A stretch of DNA of 64,000 nucleotides from positions 2,022 through 66,021 of IMG/VR virus record IMGVR_UViG_3300005613_000057; one strand, written 5' to 3'. The notes below the pieces were generated by a model. That model did not search any database. It was not told where the DNA came from and was given only the letters and a program-made list of their open reading frames with translations. Below, piece after piece: positions 1 to 10,254 of the stretch. The position numbers and the translations under genes are program-made. The DNA comes from a virus. Lineage: Duplodnaviria > Caudoviricetes. Within the stretch, counting starts at the first letter, position 1. Every line of letters starts with the position of its first letter.

Positions 1-423
1 GCTTCATATAGTGGTAAAATGTTTTTTGGCTGGTTGAGATATGATGTGTGGTGTGGAAGTGGACATTTGGGATTCAATACCGCAGCTAGTGATGTGCATG
101 GTATTTCTTCGGCTACTGTTTCTTCTCTTGGATTAGTAGGAAATTGGAAACATTATGTTTTTGAAATGAGAAGCGATGTTTCCTACACGAACAACAAAAT
201 TTACATAAATGGCATTTTACAATCGCTAAGTCAACAAAGTGGTTCGGAAAATTCTGGCAATAGAAATTTCAACTCAGGAAATGGAAGAATTTCAGGATGG
301 AGAAACGATAACAACTACCGAATACCAATGAATTGCTCTGTGTTTAGAGTATACAACCGTGCTCTCTCCTCCACCGAAATCACTCAGAACTTCAACGCAC
401 TTCGCGGCAGATATGGGATCTGA
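1..423 (+). CDS. C-terminal part of a LamG/concanavalin-A-like domain protein (5'-truncated by window edge)
   Basis: Ends NCSVFRVYNRALSSTEITQNFNALRGRYGI, with W-H and IYING motifs typical of phage LamG-like domains. Confidence 0.75.
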   Translation, partial: ASYSGKMFFGWLRYDVWCGSGHLGFNTAASDVHGISSATVSSLGLVGNWKHYVFEMRSDVSYTNNKIYINGILQSLSQQSGSENSGNRNFNSGNGRISGWRNDNNYRIPMNCSVFRVYNRALSSTEITQNFNALRGRYGI

Positions 424-426
424 CAC

Positions 427-2808
427 ATGTTCAATCTAGCAAGTAGAAAATTCTTTTTGGGAAAGAAATCGTCAACCGGATTTTCTTTATATGCTGGAGG
501 AGTTGATACCGGACGAGCTTGGGGAGATGCAGGTTTAAGTGGTTATTCTACTCTACACGAATATCGACAAATTGGAACAGCAGACAATTGGTCAAAAGTA
601 GCTTGCGGCGATACATGGACAATAGCTATAAGAGAAGATGGTACAATGTGGTCTTGTGGAACTCAAAACAGAAGTGACTTTTATCGTGGTGGTTACAACC
701 CATTGGGTCTCGGAAATCTTCAAGGATACAAGAAAGAATTCACTCAAATAGGAACCGACACGAATTGGTCCGATGTTTGGGCTTGTCAATATTCTTCTTT
801 TGCCCTGAAAACCAATGGGACTTTGTGGGCTTGGGGGGATGCATATACCTTTGGAGGCGGACTGGGAATTGGTCCATCCCCAAATACAGGAAATATATGT
901 AATACCCAAAGAACTAGTAGTCCACAACAAATAGGTTCAGCAACAAACTGGACAAATATATTTTCAACAGGAGGACCATTTCAAAATACTGTGATAGCAG
1001 CAAATTCCAATGGAGAATTATATGGATGGGGAGACAACAGTTATTACAAATTGGGACTTCCTCTAAACAACGATTCATATTGCTCTCCAGAATCCCTCAC
1101 GGGAGCTACTGGGTGGACATCTGTGGCAATGATGGGTGAAGGTCATGCTGCAGCTGCAATAAAAAACGGAGAACTGTGGACATGTGGAAGAAACAATAGT
1201 GGTCAGCTCGGCTTAGGAGATAATGTAGATAGAACCACATTCACTAGAGTGGGAACATCGACTGATTGGGAAAAAGTTTTTGCTGGTAATTATAGTTTCT
1301 ACGCAATAAAAACAAATGGTACTTTGTGGGGTTGGGGTGAAAATGGCGACTACCAATTGGGAATTGGAAATAATGCTGATCAAAATTCTCCGGTTCAAAT
1401 AGGTTCGGATACCGACTGGGAGGGTATGGTTGGTGCAAATAATTGGTATAATGCCGGTAGTGGAAATGGCACTTTGTTTAAAAAAACCAACGGAGAGATA
1501 TACGCTATTGGAAGAACTGTTGGTGCAAATGGAACCGGCGTATTAAAAATTGACATAACTTATCCACAACAATATTTGGATGTTAGATTGGAGTCATTGA
1601 CATACATACCAAAATCTTTAACAGGTTGCAAAGATGCATCAATTGGAGATGAACATAGTATGGTAATAAAGTCCGATGGGACAATGATTGGACTTGGATA
1701 TGGTGAACGTGTTGGTATAGGATATTCAAGAAATGAAGTCTACAAAATAAGTGAGGATAATGATTGGTATAAGATATTGGGAGGAAGAGATCCGGCAAAT
1801 GGTGGAGATTATGTAACAGGTGCTACTTTCATTGTCAAGAATGACGGAACTTTATGGGGAGCAGGAAGAAATACAAGTTATTCAAATGGTAGTGTTTGGG
1901 GGTATGGTGAAAGTTCAACCTCTCTTTCTTATGTCAATTTTACACAAATTGGAACCGATACCTTTTGGAAAGATGCGAAATCTCTTAGCACAGGTTATTA
2001 CACCACTCTAATGATAAAAGGTGACGGAACTTTGTGGTATACTGGAATTGGAAATGCTATTCCAGAATACAACAATAATGGAAGAACATTATATTGGACA
2101 CAATATGGTTCCGATACATGGAAATGGGTATCACTAGGTTCCAACGGGAGTTCCGCGTGGGGAATCAAATCGGATGGAACACTTTGGTCTTGGGGATTGA
2201 ATAATTATGGACAATTGGGCCTCGGAGATACCACAAGTAGATACTCTAGCATTCATCAAGTGGGTTCATCGACCAATTGGGTTAAAATTTGGAATTCTTG
2301 GTATTCATCTGTCTATGGTCTTCGTTCTGATGGAACATTGTGGTCTTGGGGGAGAGATCGCGTAGGATCTTTGGGAACAAATCAATCGAGTGGTACTATA
2401 GTAACATCACCACTACAAATAGGTTCTGATACAGATTGGGTTGATTTGGTTTCTACCGCCTATGGAACCACTTTTGCTTTAAAAAACAATGGTGAAGTTT
2501 GGACATGGGGCGATAATACATATAATAGCACATATACAAGAGGAGACTATTACACTCCAGTCCAATTTGGAACCGATTCCAATTATATTGCTGTTTTCGC
2601 TAACGGTCGTCACCGAGGAGTTTTCTTCAAATCGGATGGAACGATTGTTTCTAATGAAGATTACTTAAACGGAGAAGATTTAGGAAAATATACTAATATT
2701 CCTATAGAAGCTTTGACAGATATTGGAACACATCCCTTTACAGAATATTCGGATTCCATAAAAGATAGATTTGCAATCCAAGCAGACAGGTTTCACTGTT
2801 TATTATGA
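427..2808 (+). CDS. RCC1/BLIP-II repeat beta-propeller protein (putative virion/receptor-binding)
   Basis: Many repeats of K-x-DGTLW-x-WG-x-N-xx-GQLG...QIG-x-DT-x-W. Confidence 0.85.
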   Translation: MFNLASRKFFLGKKSSTGFSLYAGGVDTGRAWGDAGLSGYSTLHEYRQIGTADNWSKVACGDTWTIAIREDGTMWSCGTQNRSDFYRGGYNPLGLGNLQGYKKEFTQIGTDTNWSDVWACQYSSFALKTNGTLWAWGDAYTFGGGLGIGPSPNTGNICNTQRTSSPQQIGSATNWTNIFSTGGPFQNTVIAANSNGELYGWGDNSYYKLGLPLNNDSYCSPESLTGATGWTSVAMMGEGHAAAAIKNGELWTCGRNNSGQLGLGDNVDRTTFTRVGTSTDWEKVFAGNYSFYAIKTNGTLWGWGENGDYQLGIGNNADQNSPVQIGSDTDWEGMVGANNWYNAGSGNGTLFKKTNGEIYAIGRTVGANGTGVLKIDITYPQQYLDVRLESLTYIPKSLTGCKDASIGDEHSMVIKSDGTMIGLGYGERVGIGYSRNEVYKISEDNDWYKILGGRDPANGGDYVTGATFIVKNDGTLWGAGRNTSYSNGSVWGYGESSTSLSYVNFTQIGTDTFWKDAKSLSTGYYTTLMIKGDGTLWYTGIGNAIPEYNNNGRTLYWTQYGSDTWKWVSLGSNGSSAWGIKSDGTLWSWGLNNYGQLGLGDTTSRYSSIHQVGSSTNWVKIWNSWYSSVYGLRSDGTLWSWGRDRVGSLGTNQSSGTIVTSPLQIGSDTDWVDLVSTAYGTTFALKNNGEVWTWGDNTYNSTYTRGDYYTPVQFGTDSNYIAVFANGRHRGVFFKSDGTIVSNEDYLNGEDLGKYTNIPIEALTDIGTHPFTEYSDSIKDRFAIQADRFHCLL

Positions 2809-2913
2809 CATATAAAAAATCTAGCATTTCCTTTTGAAACTCCTTGCATTTCTCCGTATACGAGGTATACTTCTTCATCGTCGTTTCTCACTCTTTTCTC
2901 ACACGGAGAACCC

Positions 2914-3252
2914 ATGAACAAGAAGTATGTCACAAAAGCAAAAGTCGTTTTCAAGGGAAGAAACTCAAACTTGTCTTTCTTCATTGAAGATTACCTTTCC
3001 CAGCAGATTTGTTCTCGTTGGGGAAGTTCCGAAATCACTGAAAACAATGTTGATATCACATATACCAAGATTTCCTTTGAGTGGTTCTACAACAATATGA
3101 ACGATGCATCTGAAGATTGTCATTGCATCTCTCAATGCTTGACCACACTCAAGAAAGCTGGAATCATTGATTGGTTCTATGCAAATTCGTGTTCCGTGGA
3201 AAATATTCAGTTTCAAAAGGAGCCTTCCTTCAATGCCGTCAATTTCAGTTGA
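2914..3252 (+). CDS. hypothetical protein
   Basis: 112 aa ORF, GGAG RBS upstream, in a run of packed small ORFs. Confidence 0.55.
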   Translation: MNKKYVTKAKVVFKGRNSNLSFFIEDYLSQQICSRWGSSEITENNVDITYTKISFEWFYNNMNDASEDCHCISQCLTTLKKAGIIDWFYANSCSVENIQFQKEPSFNAVNFS

Positions 3253-3705
3253 TATTCGCTACAACAAGAAGTGTCCCCAAGTCGCACACCAAATTGAAAG
3301 TTCACTTTTTGACAGGTCTTTTTCCTTTGAAGGTGATTCGTATACTTCCGAAGACCATGTGAATCACAATCTTGGGTTCAACTACGATTGTATGCTTGTC
3401 GCAAAGAACGCATACAAGCGCATTCGTCAAGAACTCTCAAATTTCTTCCGAAATGTTTCGGAAATTCACTCCTACGACATCTCGTTGTCAGACGAGAAGA
3501 AGTTTCATTTTGAAAGGTTATGATATGAACATGAACGCATTCACTTGTCTTTTTTCCTACACTCTTACCATCATGCTATGCACACTGATGTATACGTTGG
3601 CTTTTACGATTGACGATTTGTTCATGGAACTTGTCCTTTCCGGTGTTGCATCGGGAATGGTTGGCATCATGTTCACACTCATGTATAAGATTTTGACCGG
3701 AGGAG

Positions 3706-3954
3706 ATGAAAATGAATCAACCACCTAACACAAATCCTCCTCGCGAAGAGGAGGTTCGTAGCATGATTGATGAGCTCAAACAAAGTTCAGAGTATTTTCA
3801 GAATCATGCTCCTGAATCCTGTAAGAAGGCAATCGTGTTGATTGAGAATCTTTGGGGAACAATTCAGATTCTCGAATCAGCACTTGACAAGATTGAAAAC
3901 TCCGAACCCCCTGTTGTGAACAATCCTCATCGGAGATACCGCAGGAGGAATTGA
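3706..3954 (+). CDS. hypothetical protein
   Basis: GGAGGAG RBS upstream, 82 aa. Confidence 0.55.
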   Translation: MKMNQPPNTNPPREEEVRSMIDELKQSSEYFQNHAPESCKKAIVLIENLWGTIQILESALDKIENSEPPVVNNPHRRYRRRN

Positions 3955-3963
3955 AAGGAAGAT

Positions 3964-4323
3964 ATGATTACAAAAATCATTAATGAAAATACACCGTTGT
4001 ATGGAGAAGCAGATATTGAATCCGAATCTCCAAATTGTTTCGTGAATCAAAAGCACTTCATTGGAAAATTTGAGGAAAAGACGGACATCTGGCTTTATCA
4101 AGACATGAATAAGTGGAGAGTCGGGTTTCGTCATTCAGAAAACAAGGATGACTTTACTTCCATTGCTTTGTGCGAAATGTTTCGTCCGGTTGAGTTTCTA
4201 TCACAAATTCCGATTCAAGCGAGATACAACCTGATTCAGAATCGTCAAAAGATGAATCACATAATTCTAAAGTCAATTTCAGAAAAACGTCTTGAAGTTG
4301 AAATTTTTGATTTGGTTCCGTAA
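3964..4323 (+). CDS. hypothetical protein
   Basis: AAGGA RBS, 119 aa, followed by a terminator. Confidence 0.6.
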   Translation: MITKIINENTPLYGEADIESESPNCFVNQKHFIGKFEEKTDIWLYQDMNKWRVGFRHSENKDDFTSIALCEMFRPVEFLSQIPIQARYNLIQNRQKMNHIILKSISEKRLEVEIFDLVP

Positions 4324-4348
4324 AGACAAAGTTCATTCAACGATTCTC

Positions 4349-4382
4349 AAGAATGCCTTTTTTCAAGGCATTCTTTTTTTTT
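4349..4382 (+). terminator. intrinsic terminator
   Basis: aagaatgcctt-loop-aaggcattctt hairpin followed by a T run. Confidence 0.8.
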
Positions 4383-4594
4383 CTTGGTTTATGGGACCAT
4401 ACTGGACCCCGGACGCGATTCCATGAGGCCTCCAAACACACCATATTATCACACCTTTCCAAAAGTCCCATAACACCCTTTTTACCCTGTTTTTCCATGT
4501 TGACTCAAGACAAGCGGGTGTATTGACGATATAATACATACACGCGAGGAGAAAACGGTTCTCCTCGTTTCTTTTTCTTTAGGAGTTTTTCGTC

Positions 4595-4804
4595 ATGAAA
4601 AACAAGGTTCGGAATTTGTCTTTTGTTGCGTTGGTTTCTCTGTTTGTTCTCTCTGGTGTCGGATGCACCGTCTCTGCCGGTGTTGAAGGTAGGGCATTCT
4701 ATCCGAAGAACGATCCCCGAAAGGGATTCTTTGACTTCGGTGGAATCGACGGCATCTTCTCCTCCGCTCCCTCGGGTGGCGGATTCAACCTCCTTGGGGA
4801 CTGA
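4595..4804 (+). CDS. small putative lipoprotein
   Basis: AGGAG RBS; signal peptide ending in lipobox-like LSGVGC. Confidence 0.6.
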   Translation: MKNKVRNLSFVALVSLFVLSGVGCTVSAGVEGRAFYPKNDPRKGFFDFGGIDGIFSSAPSGGGFNLLGD

Positions 4805-5043
4805 AGTTCATGGAATTTGTAAAGCAAAACCTCGCAAACTTTGAAATTGTGAATGGTGGTTTTGAGTTTTCATGTTCTTGGGGGTTTCTCATCGGAACCC
4901 TCGGAACTTTCATCTTTCTTCGCTACATCATGTGGGCGAAGAAGTTTCCCAAGAAGCGAGAAGGGTGAATGAACGACCGAAAGAGATTTTTGATTTTGGT
5001 AATCTTGGCTTTCATCACTCTTTGCTAAAGGAAACATTGTAAA

Positions 5044-5313
5044 ATGAACAAGACAGATAGGGAATTCATGTTGACTTTGGTTCCTCTTCTTCAACTCTCC
5101 ATCAGAAAGAAAAGTGATGGAGACATGAACCTCAAGTATGCCGAGGATTTCGTGCGTCATTACCGCATCTTCATCGACGCATCGTATTATGGTGAGATGA
5201 ACATCGCAAAGGATTTGGATTATGATTATGACTTTGCCCTTTGCGTAAAGGATGTCGCAGACGAATATCACATCAATCTTCCAGATTCCTTTCACAAAAT
5301 GTATTTTTCCTGA
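5044..5313 (+). CDS. hypothetical protein
   Basis: 89 aa ORF with AAGGA RBS, followed by a terminator. Confidence 0.55.
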   Translation: MNKTDREFMLTLVPLLQLSIRKKSDGDMNLKYAEDFVRHYRIFIDASYYGEMNIAKDLDYDYDFALCVKDVADEYHINLPDSFHKMYFS

Positions 5314-5341
5314 CCGAAAACAACATACTATTTCTTCTTTC

Positions 5342-5366
5342 AGACCCGTCTTGGACGGGTCTTTTT
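5342..5366 (+). terminator. intrinsic terminator
   Basis: agacccgtc-ttg-gacgggtct hairpin followed by T run. Confidence 0.8.
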
Positions 5367-5367
5367 C

Positions 5368-5375
5368 TATAAATA
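5368..5375 (+). promoter_or_regulatory. T4-type late promoter
   Basis: Exact TATAAATA, 6 nt before ATG 5382; gp55 is encoded in the window. Confidence 0.7.
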
Positions 5376-5381
5376 GCTTTC

Positions 5382-6158
5382 ATGAGAAACAGCATACTTA
5401 CATACACGGAACACGAAAATCTCTCGGACATCATCACATACGAAATGTGGTGTGGATTGTTGGATTCGGTTGAAACGAATACACTCTCAGAGGGAATTCG
5501 TGACACTCTTGCGGCCGCAGGAGACAAAATCAAACAAGCAGTCTTGAGAATCTTCGGTCCAATCAAGGACGAGATTCTGAAACTGGCAGAAGAAATGAAA
5601 ATCGGATTGCGTGACATCGTGAATGCACTCAAGGAAAGAAGTGTGTTCGGTGTTCTCAAAGCAGTCGGGTTCAAGATAAGACTTTTGGTCAAGGCAATTC
5701 TTGCATTCACTAGAATATGGAGAGAAGGACTTGCAGGAATCTTTCGTGAGATTTCAAAAAACAAGTTGGTTCAAAAACTTCAATCTGGAGCCATGAAAGT
5801 TGACGAGTTCTTGGACAAGTATCCAATTCTCAAGAAAATAGGTGGAATCGCTGTCGCAGGACTTCTTCTCTACATTTGGTTGAACATGTCGTTCATTGGT
5901 GATTTGGAATACGACATGAATGTGGGAGACATGACAGCTGCACTTTCAGGAACCTTTTCAATTGCAGAACTGTTTCTCAGTCCAGCCGGATTGATGATGA
6001 TAACTCTCTTTGCGACAGGCGGATTGATTTCCGCACCTTGGTTGGGTGCAAGCACTTTGAACTTGGTTTTGGCTCTCATATATACTGGATATGTCAAGAT
6101 AAGAGAGAAATCTCCACAAATACAGAACATGATGAGAAAATACATACAGACACGATGA
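5382..6158 (+). CDS. late-expressed membrane protein with C-terminal hydrophobic helices
   Basis: 258 aa, amphipathic N-half, about three hydrophobic segments in the C-half. Confidence 0.7.
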   Translation: MRNSILTYTEHENLSDIITYEMWCGLLDSVETNTLSEGIRDTLAAAGDKIKQAVLRIFGPIKDEILKLAEEMKIGLRDIVNALKERSVFGVLKAVGFKIRLLVKAILAFTRIWREGLAGIFREISKNKLVQKLQSGAMKVDEFLDKYPILKKIGGIAVAGLLLYIWLNMSFIGDLEYDMNVGDMTAALSGTFSIAELFLSPAGLMMITLFATGGLISAPWLGASTLNLVLALIYTGYVKIREKSPQIQNMMRKYIQTR

Positions 6159-6463
6159 AAACACTTCTACTCGCAATAGCACTTTCAAACCCAATCACTT
6201 GCTTTTATGATGTGAGTGACCTCGTTGCACCGCCACCACAGTTTCAGAACGCACCAAGATTCTCCCTTCCCGCAGGAATCGTAGGTAGCATTCCTGTGTT
6301 GGCGGTGGACGAGGATGTGATTCGTTTTTCCAACAAGAGAAAATTGGAGAACATCATATTGGATACAGCATTTCACATGGGGGACTACGATGCGAACATA
6401 ATTTGGTGGGGAAACACCATGATAATCAAGGGAACACCGGAACTTCACAGGAGTATTCGATGA
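6155..6463 (+). CDS. small secretin-N/N3-like domain protein (planctomycete-type YDVSDL motif)
   Basis: ATGA overlap with upstream stop; FYDVSDL..P.F..AP.F.L and IIKGTPELH pattern. Confidence 0.5.
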   Translation: MKTLLLAIALSNPITCFYDVSDLVAPPPQFQNAPRFSLPAGIVGSIPVLAVDEDVIRFSNKRKLENIILDTAFHMGDYDANIIWWGNTMIIKGTPELHRSIR

Positions 6464-7680
6464 GATTTTTTGGAGCTGGTGGGAAAATAGAAAATAATGG
6501 ATTTCCGCGTTTAGGACATGATTTAGGACAAAGTGAAGCTTCTTGGCATAGATATCAGTATCTTGCAAGCAATTTATTTACTGCTTCAAATTACAATACT
6601 AATGTCACTACTACAACAGGAGGAATTACCGCTTATAACGGTATTTTTGGTATGTCTACTATGGACGAAAAGGGAATTATTTATTCTGCTAGAATAGGAC
6701 TAGTCAATGGAACATGCCAACACTATCAAATTGATACTAATACTGAAACCATTAGTCTCTTCGACACTGGAATCACTTCAACCGATGAATATGATGGTAC
6801 TGCATTATGTGCTACGGTTAACGGAATTATGTATAGCGGAGCAGGTCAAAATGGTAAATACATAAAAATAGACACAAAAACAAACCCCCCAACTGTTACC
6901 AAAAAAACACTACCAAATTATACTCCTGTTCCTAATGATTCCTATGCTCCACAGGTGGTTCCTACAAGAAACAATCAAGGATATGTTTACCAATGTCCCT
7001 ATGGCCATGGTGTTGATAGAATATGGAAATTAGACCCCTACACAGACACAGTAACAGAAATTGGAATCAATTTTAATCCTAATGTTTCAACGTGGGGTTG
7101 GCATTCTAATGTTCTCTGTCCCCAAAATAATTGTATTTATGGAATATATCTAAGAGGTCTGAATAATAATAAGATATTAAAAATAGATACCAATACCGAT
7201 ACAGTTTCTCTTTTAAATACTACACTCACACTTCCAAATTCTAATGACCAGGCTTATCGAGGAGGCACCTATGATCCAGTTAGTCAAAAAGTTTGGTTCA
7301 TGCCTATTTCATTAAAATTCCAAATAGTTTCTTTGGACCCGAATAATAATGATTCGACTTCAACACACGGAACATATTCAGGCGCAAATGGGCCTAGATA
7401 TATCGGAGCTTGTCTGGGATTAGACGGAAGAATATATTCGATTGGATGGGCTTATACAAATATTTGGACATATGATATTCAAAATAATATAAGAACACAG
7501 TCGGGGAGCACGGGACTATTAAATGCATATTTGGGTGAATCGGCTATTTTAGGAAAAAACGGAAAAATATATCTCTTTCCGTTTAATGCAACCACAGGAA
7601 TAGGTGTAATTAACACATCCAATAATGAAGTATATAACTTACCAACAAATTACTTAATAACAAATAGAAATTCTCATTAG
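6460..7680 (+). CDS. beta-propeller repeat protein (putative receptor-binding)
   Basis: Repeats KIDT.TDTV / G.IY..P; Asn/Thr/Gly rich; ATG 6460 overlaps upstream stop. Confidence 0.7.
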   Translation: MRFFGAGGKIENNGFPRLGHDLGQSEASWHRYQYLASNLFTASNYNTNVTTTTGGITAYNGIFGMSTMDEKGIIYSARIGLVNGTCQHYQIDTNTETISLFDTGITSTDEYDGTALCATVNGIMYSGAGQNGKYIKIDTKTNPPTVTKKTLPNYTPVPNDSYAPQVVPTRNNQGYVYQCPYGHGVDRIWKLDPYTDTVTEIGINFNPNVSTWGWHSNVLCPQNNCIYGIYLRGLNNNKILKIDTNTDTVSLLNTTLTLPNSNDQAYRGGTYDPVSQKVWFMPISLKFQIVSLDPNNNDSTSTHGTYSGANGPRYIGACLGLDGRIYSIGWAYTNIWTYDIQNNIRTQSGSTGLLNAYLGESAILGKNGKIYLFPFNATTGIGVINTSNNEVYNLPTNYLITNRNSH

Positions 7681-7693
7681 TCGGAAATAAAGC

Positions 7694-7942
7694 ATGAAAT
7701 ACTCAATAATCTCAAGCATGTATGACGAAAAACAAAACAAGATAGTTGAAAAACACGCTGAAGTAAACGAAGAGAACGAAATCGTCTCGGAAGAAATTCT
7801 AGAGACACCTCAAGAAAATTCCGAGTATGTCGTGGAGAATTTCCTTGTTCCTTCCCACAAGATACATATAATAGATGGTGTCGAGTATCTTGTCACTCCT
7901 GAAGGAAAGAAATTCGCGATATGGTCACTTCTAGAAAAATAA
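7694..7942 (+). CDS. hypothetical acidic protein
   Basis: 82 aa ORF. Confidence 0.55.
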   Translation: MKYSIISSMYDEKQNKIVEKHAEVNEENEIVSEEILETPQENSEYVVENFLVPSHKIHIIDGVEYLVTPEGKKFAIWSLLEK

Positions 7943-8164
7943 GAATTGGAATTGAGATGCTATCAGCATCTGTAGTTTGTTTTTTGGCAGGTTTGTCTTT
8001 TGGGTATCAGACAGAATTTTCATTTCCCTATGCTCTGGGATTTCTCTCTCTATACGCTATCGTTCTGTGGGGAACCCTCAGAGAGACGATAGAGTGGTAT
8101 CTGGAGGAAGATTGAATGGGTTGGGAGCATGAAAAATACGGATGGAAAGAGGTGAAAGAAAAAG

Positions 8165-8674
8165 ATGAAACTTGCAATAACGATTCTTCTAGCGAGCATG
8201 ATGATGACTCAAAGCACAACAATAATTCCAGTTGACACAAAGACCACGCAAAAGTCAAAACAGTTTTTTCAATCGGAACCAAAAGCAACAATACTTTGCT
8301 ATTGGTATTACCCAACACCCGTTGTAGATTCTGCAAGAACCGCATGGATTGGTGTTGATGGATTTGCAATGAACGAGATTGACCATGTTCTCTTTTTGGT
8401 TGAGAATCGTGGTGTGGTGAAAGTGGAACAAAAGACACTTCTCAAAATGAGAAATGCACCAGCATATTGGATTGGTGTTCACGGGTCAAGAACATATGCA
8501 TCCGAAAAATACGGAAACCCCGTAATCAATCTTATTGAGATCAATTACGGGGAAACCATTCATATTCAGGCTGTGGTCGTGGACAAGAAAGGCAAGAAAG
8601 CCTTTTCCACCAAACCAATCAAAATCAAGTGGTATGGTAGCGACTCAATAAATCCATTTCTCTACTCATTTTGA
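8165..8674 (+). CDS. secreted hypothetical protein
   Basis: N-terminal signal-peptide-like MKLAITILLASMM, 169 aa. Confidence 0.6.
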   Translation: MKLAITILLASMMMTQSTTIIPVDTKTTQKSKQFFQSEPKATILCYWYYPTPVVDSARTAWIGVDGFAMNEIDHVLFLVENRGVVKVEQKTLLKMRNAPAYWIGVHGSRTYASEKYGNPVINLIEINYGETIHIQAVVVDKKGKKAFSTKPIKIKWYGSDSINPFLYSF

Positions 8675-10048
8675 GTAGAACTCATCCATCGTTGAACGTG
8701 CAACCTTGAGATGTTGAAGAATCGTCTGACTTGAAAGTTCAGTCAGTTTACTTCTCCACTCATATCTTTCCTCTTCTGATGCTGAACCATATTCCCAAGG
8801 AATTTCGTTTTCATTCAAGTTGTAATTCTTGACGAAAGCATTTTTCCAAGAAGCATCTGGTGTTTTTCCTTGACCCGGAATAGCGATTCCAACATAAAAC
8901 GTGTGTGCATACCAAGTCGCAAGACCATCAATTCCTTCTTCAAGATATGGAAGAAATGTAGCTTCACGAATGAAGTCGTTCTGAACAACTTTGTTGGGAA
9001 ACTCATATTTTCCACCAGGAGCATACCAAGGACCAATCATGGGAATGATTGGTTTTGTTGTCCCCATTCTCTCATTGAACATATGACAAAAGCGAACCAA
9101 TTCTTTTCTGTATTCGGTTTCTCTCGGCAGAATATTGTTGTTGAATGAATCGGGGTCGTAGCGATTGTAGAATGAAGGATTCAACCAATCGCATTCCGAC
9201 ATGAGTTCTTCGTAGCATCCATACTTGAAATCAATTTCATTTTGTTTGACTTCTTCTGGTGCGTTTGCCCACTGATATGCCGTTGTCGGTGAAGGATGAG
9301 GAAGCCAATATTTGAGAAGTGGAAGACCATAGTAGGTCCATTTCATCTTTGGAAACTCTTGTTTCATAACGCGAAGAGCTTCAACCATGACTCTGGTTGC
9401 TTCTGCGTTTTCGGGAGTTCCCTTTCCTTTATCCAAACCACGGAAGAAATCACCTTCGTAGTCCAGCTGCCCATATCCTGTGGGCTCCTCATCACCGTAG
9501 AAAGCACGAACATCAGCAATCACCTTGTCTGTGTTGATGCTCAAACTTCCTGTCTTGTTTCCGTGACCAATATCCCATGAAGCATACCAAATGTAATAAA
9601 GCTCAGCACCAGCACGGGTTCTTGCAACCTTGTCCATCTCTTCTTCATTTGCTATTTGGTGATTGAGTTCATATCTAGTCGGATCTCCAATTCCCTTTGA
9701 ACGGAAATATCTACTTGAGAGAGTTCCGTGATGTGGGTAGAGAAGAATATCACCTTTCTTTGGTGCTTCCTCTTCCTGTTTTGTCTTCATGTTGAGAAGT
9801 AGAATACCCAAATCGGAGCCATCGACTGTTCCGTCGTCGTTCAAATCATATTCTTCATTGTCTGTTCCCCATGCTGACATCAAGCTCGCCAAATCATGAG
9901 AATCAAACTTTTCCCTCTCTTCTGGTGTAGGAATCCCTTCCTTGGGGTTTGGTCCCAAATTTGGTTTCACGTTGTTTTCTTCAGAAGCAGCCAAAAACCC
10001 AAACATACTCTTGATGAAGTCAAAAATTTTGATGAAAAAATTTCTCAT
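8666..10048 (-). CDS. dockerin-like motif plus GH56 (hyaluronidase)-like TIM-barrel glycoside hydrolase
   Basis: DLASLMSAWG...DLNDDGTVDGSDLGILL Ca-binding repeat; LDYE (D-x-E) and KWTYYGLP resemble GH56 motifs. Confidence 0.55.
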   Translation of the reverse strand: MRNFFIKIFDFIKSMFGFLAASEENNVKPNLGPNPKEGIPTPEEREKFDSHDLASLMSAWGTDNEEYDLNDDGTVDGSDLGILLLNMKTKQEEEAPKKGDILLYPHHGTLSSRYFRSKGIGDPTRYELNHQIANEEEMDKVARTRAGAELYYIWYASWDIGHGNKTGSLSINTDKVIADVRAFYGDEEPTGYGQLDYEGDFFRGLDKGKGTPENAEATRVMVEALRVMKQEFPKMKWTYYGLPLLKYWLPHPSPTTAYQWANAPEEVKQNEIDFKYGCYEELMSECDWLNPSFYNRYDPDSFNNNILPRETEYRKELVRFCHMFNERMGTTKPIIPMIGPWYAPGGKYEFPNKVVQNDFIREATFLPYLEEGIDGLATWYAHTFYVGIAIPGQGKTPDASWKNAFVKNYNLNENEIPWEYGSASEEERYEWRSKLTELSSQTILQHLKVARSTMDEFYSK

Positions 10049-10217
10049 GTGTTTTTCCTTTGTTAAAATAGGGAATACTCAGAGTATTTATGACTATATA
10101 GCTTTGGGAGAAGAAAACCATGAAAGAATTCATTAGCAGCACCAAAGGCAAAGTCATAATATTCATAGTGATAGTATTGGGAATCGGAATCGTCGGTGGA
10201 ATTTCTGGATTATTCAC

Positions 10218-10245
10218 TTGACTTTAGAAAAAGTAAGCGTAGAAT
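10218..10245 (+). promoter_or_regulatory. sigma70-like promoter upstream of tRNA-Leu
   Basis: TTGACT-16 nt-TAGAAT ending 9 nt before the tRNA. Confidence 0.55.
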
Positions 10246-10254
10246 TCAAGGAAA

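Noticed and set aside
4383-4594. Intergenic stretch with a hairpin (4544-4567) and TTGAC/TATAAT elements as ncRNA or origin
   Set aside because: Promoter spacing is not canonical and no family-level structure is recognisable; support is too weak
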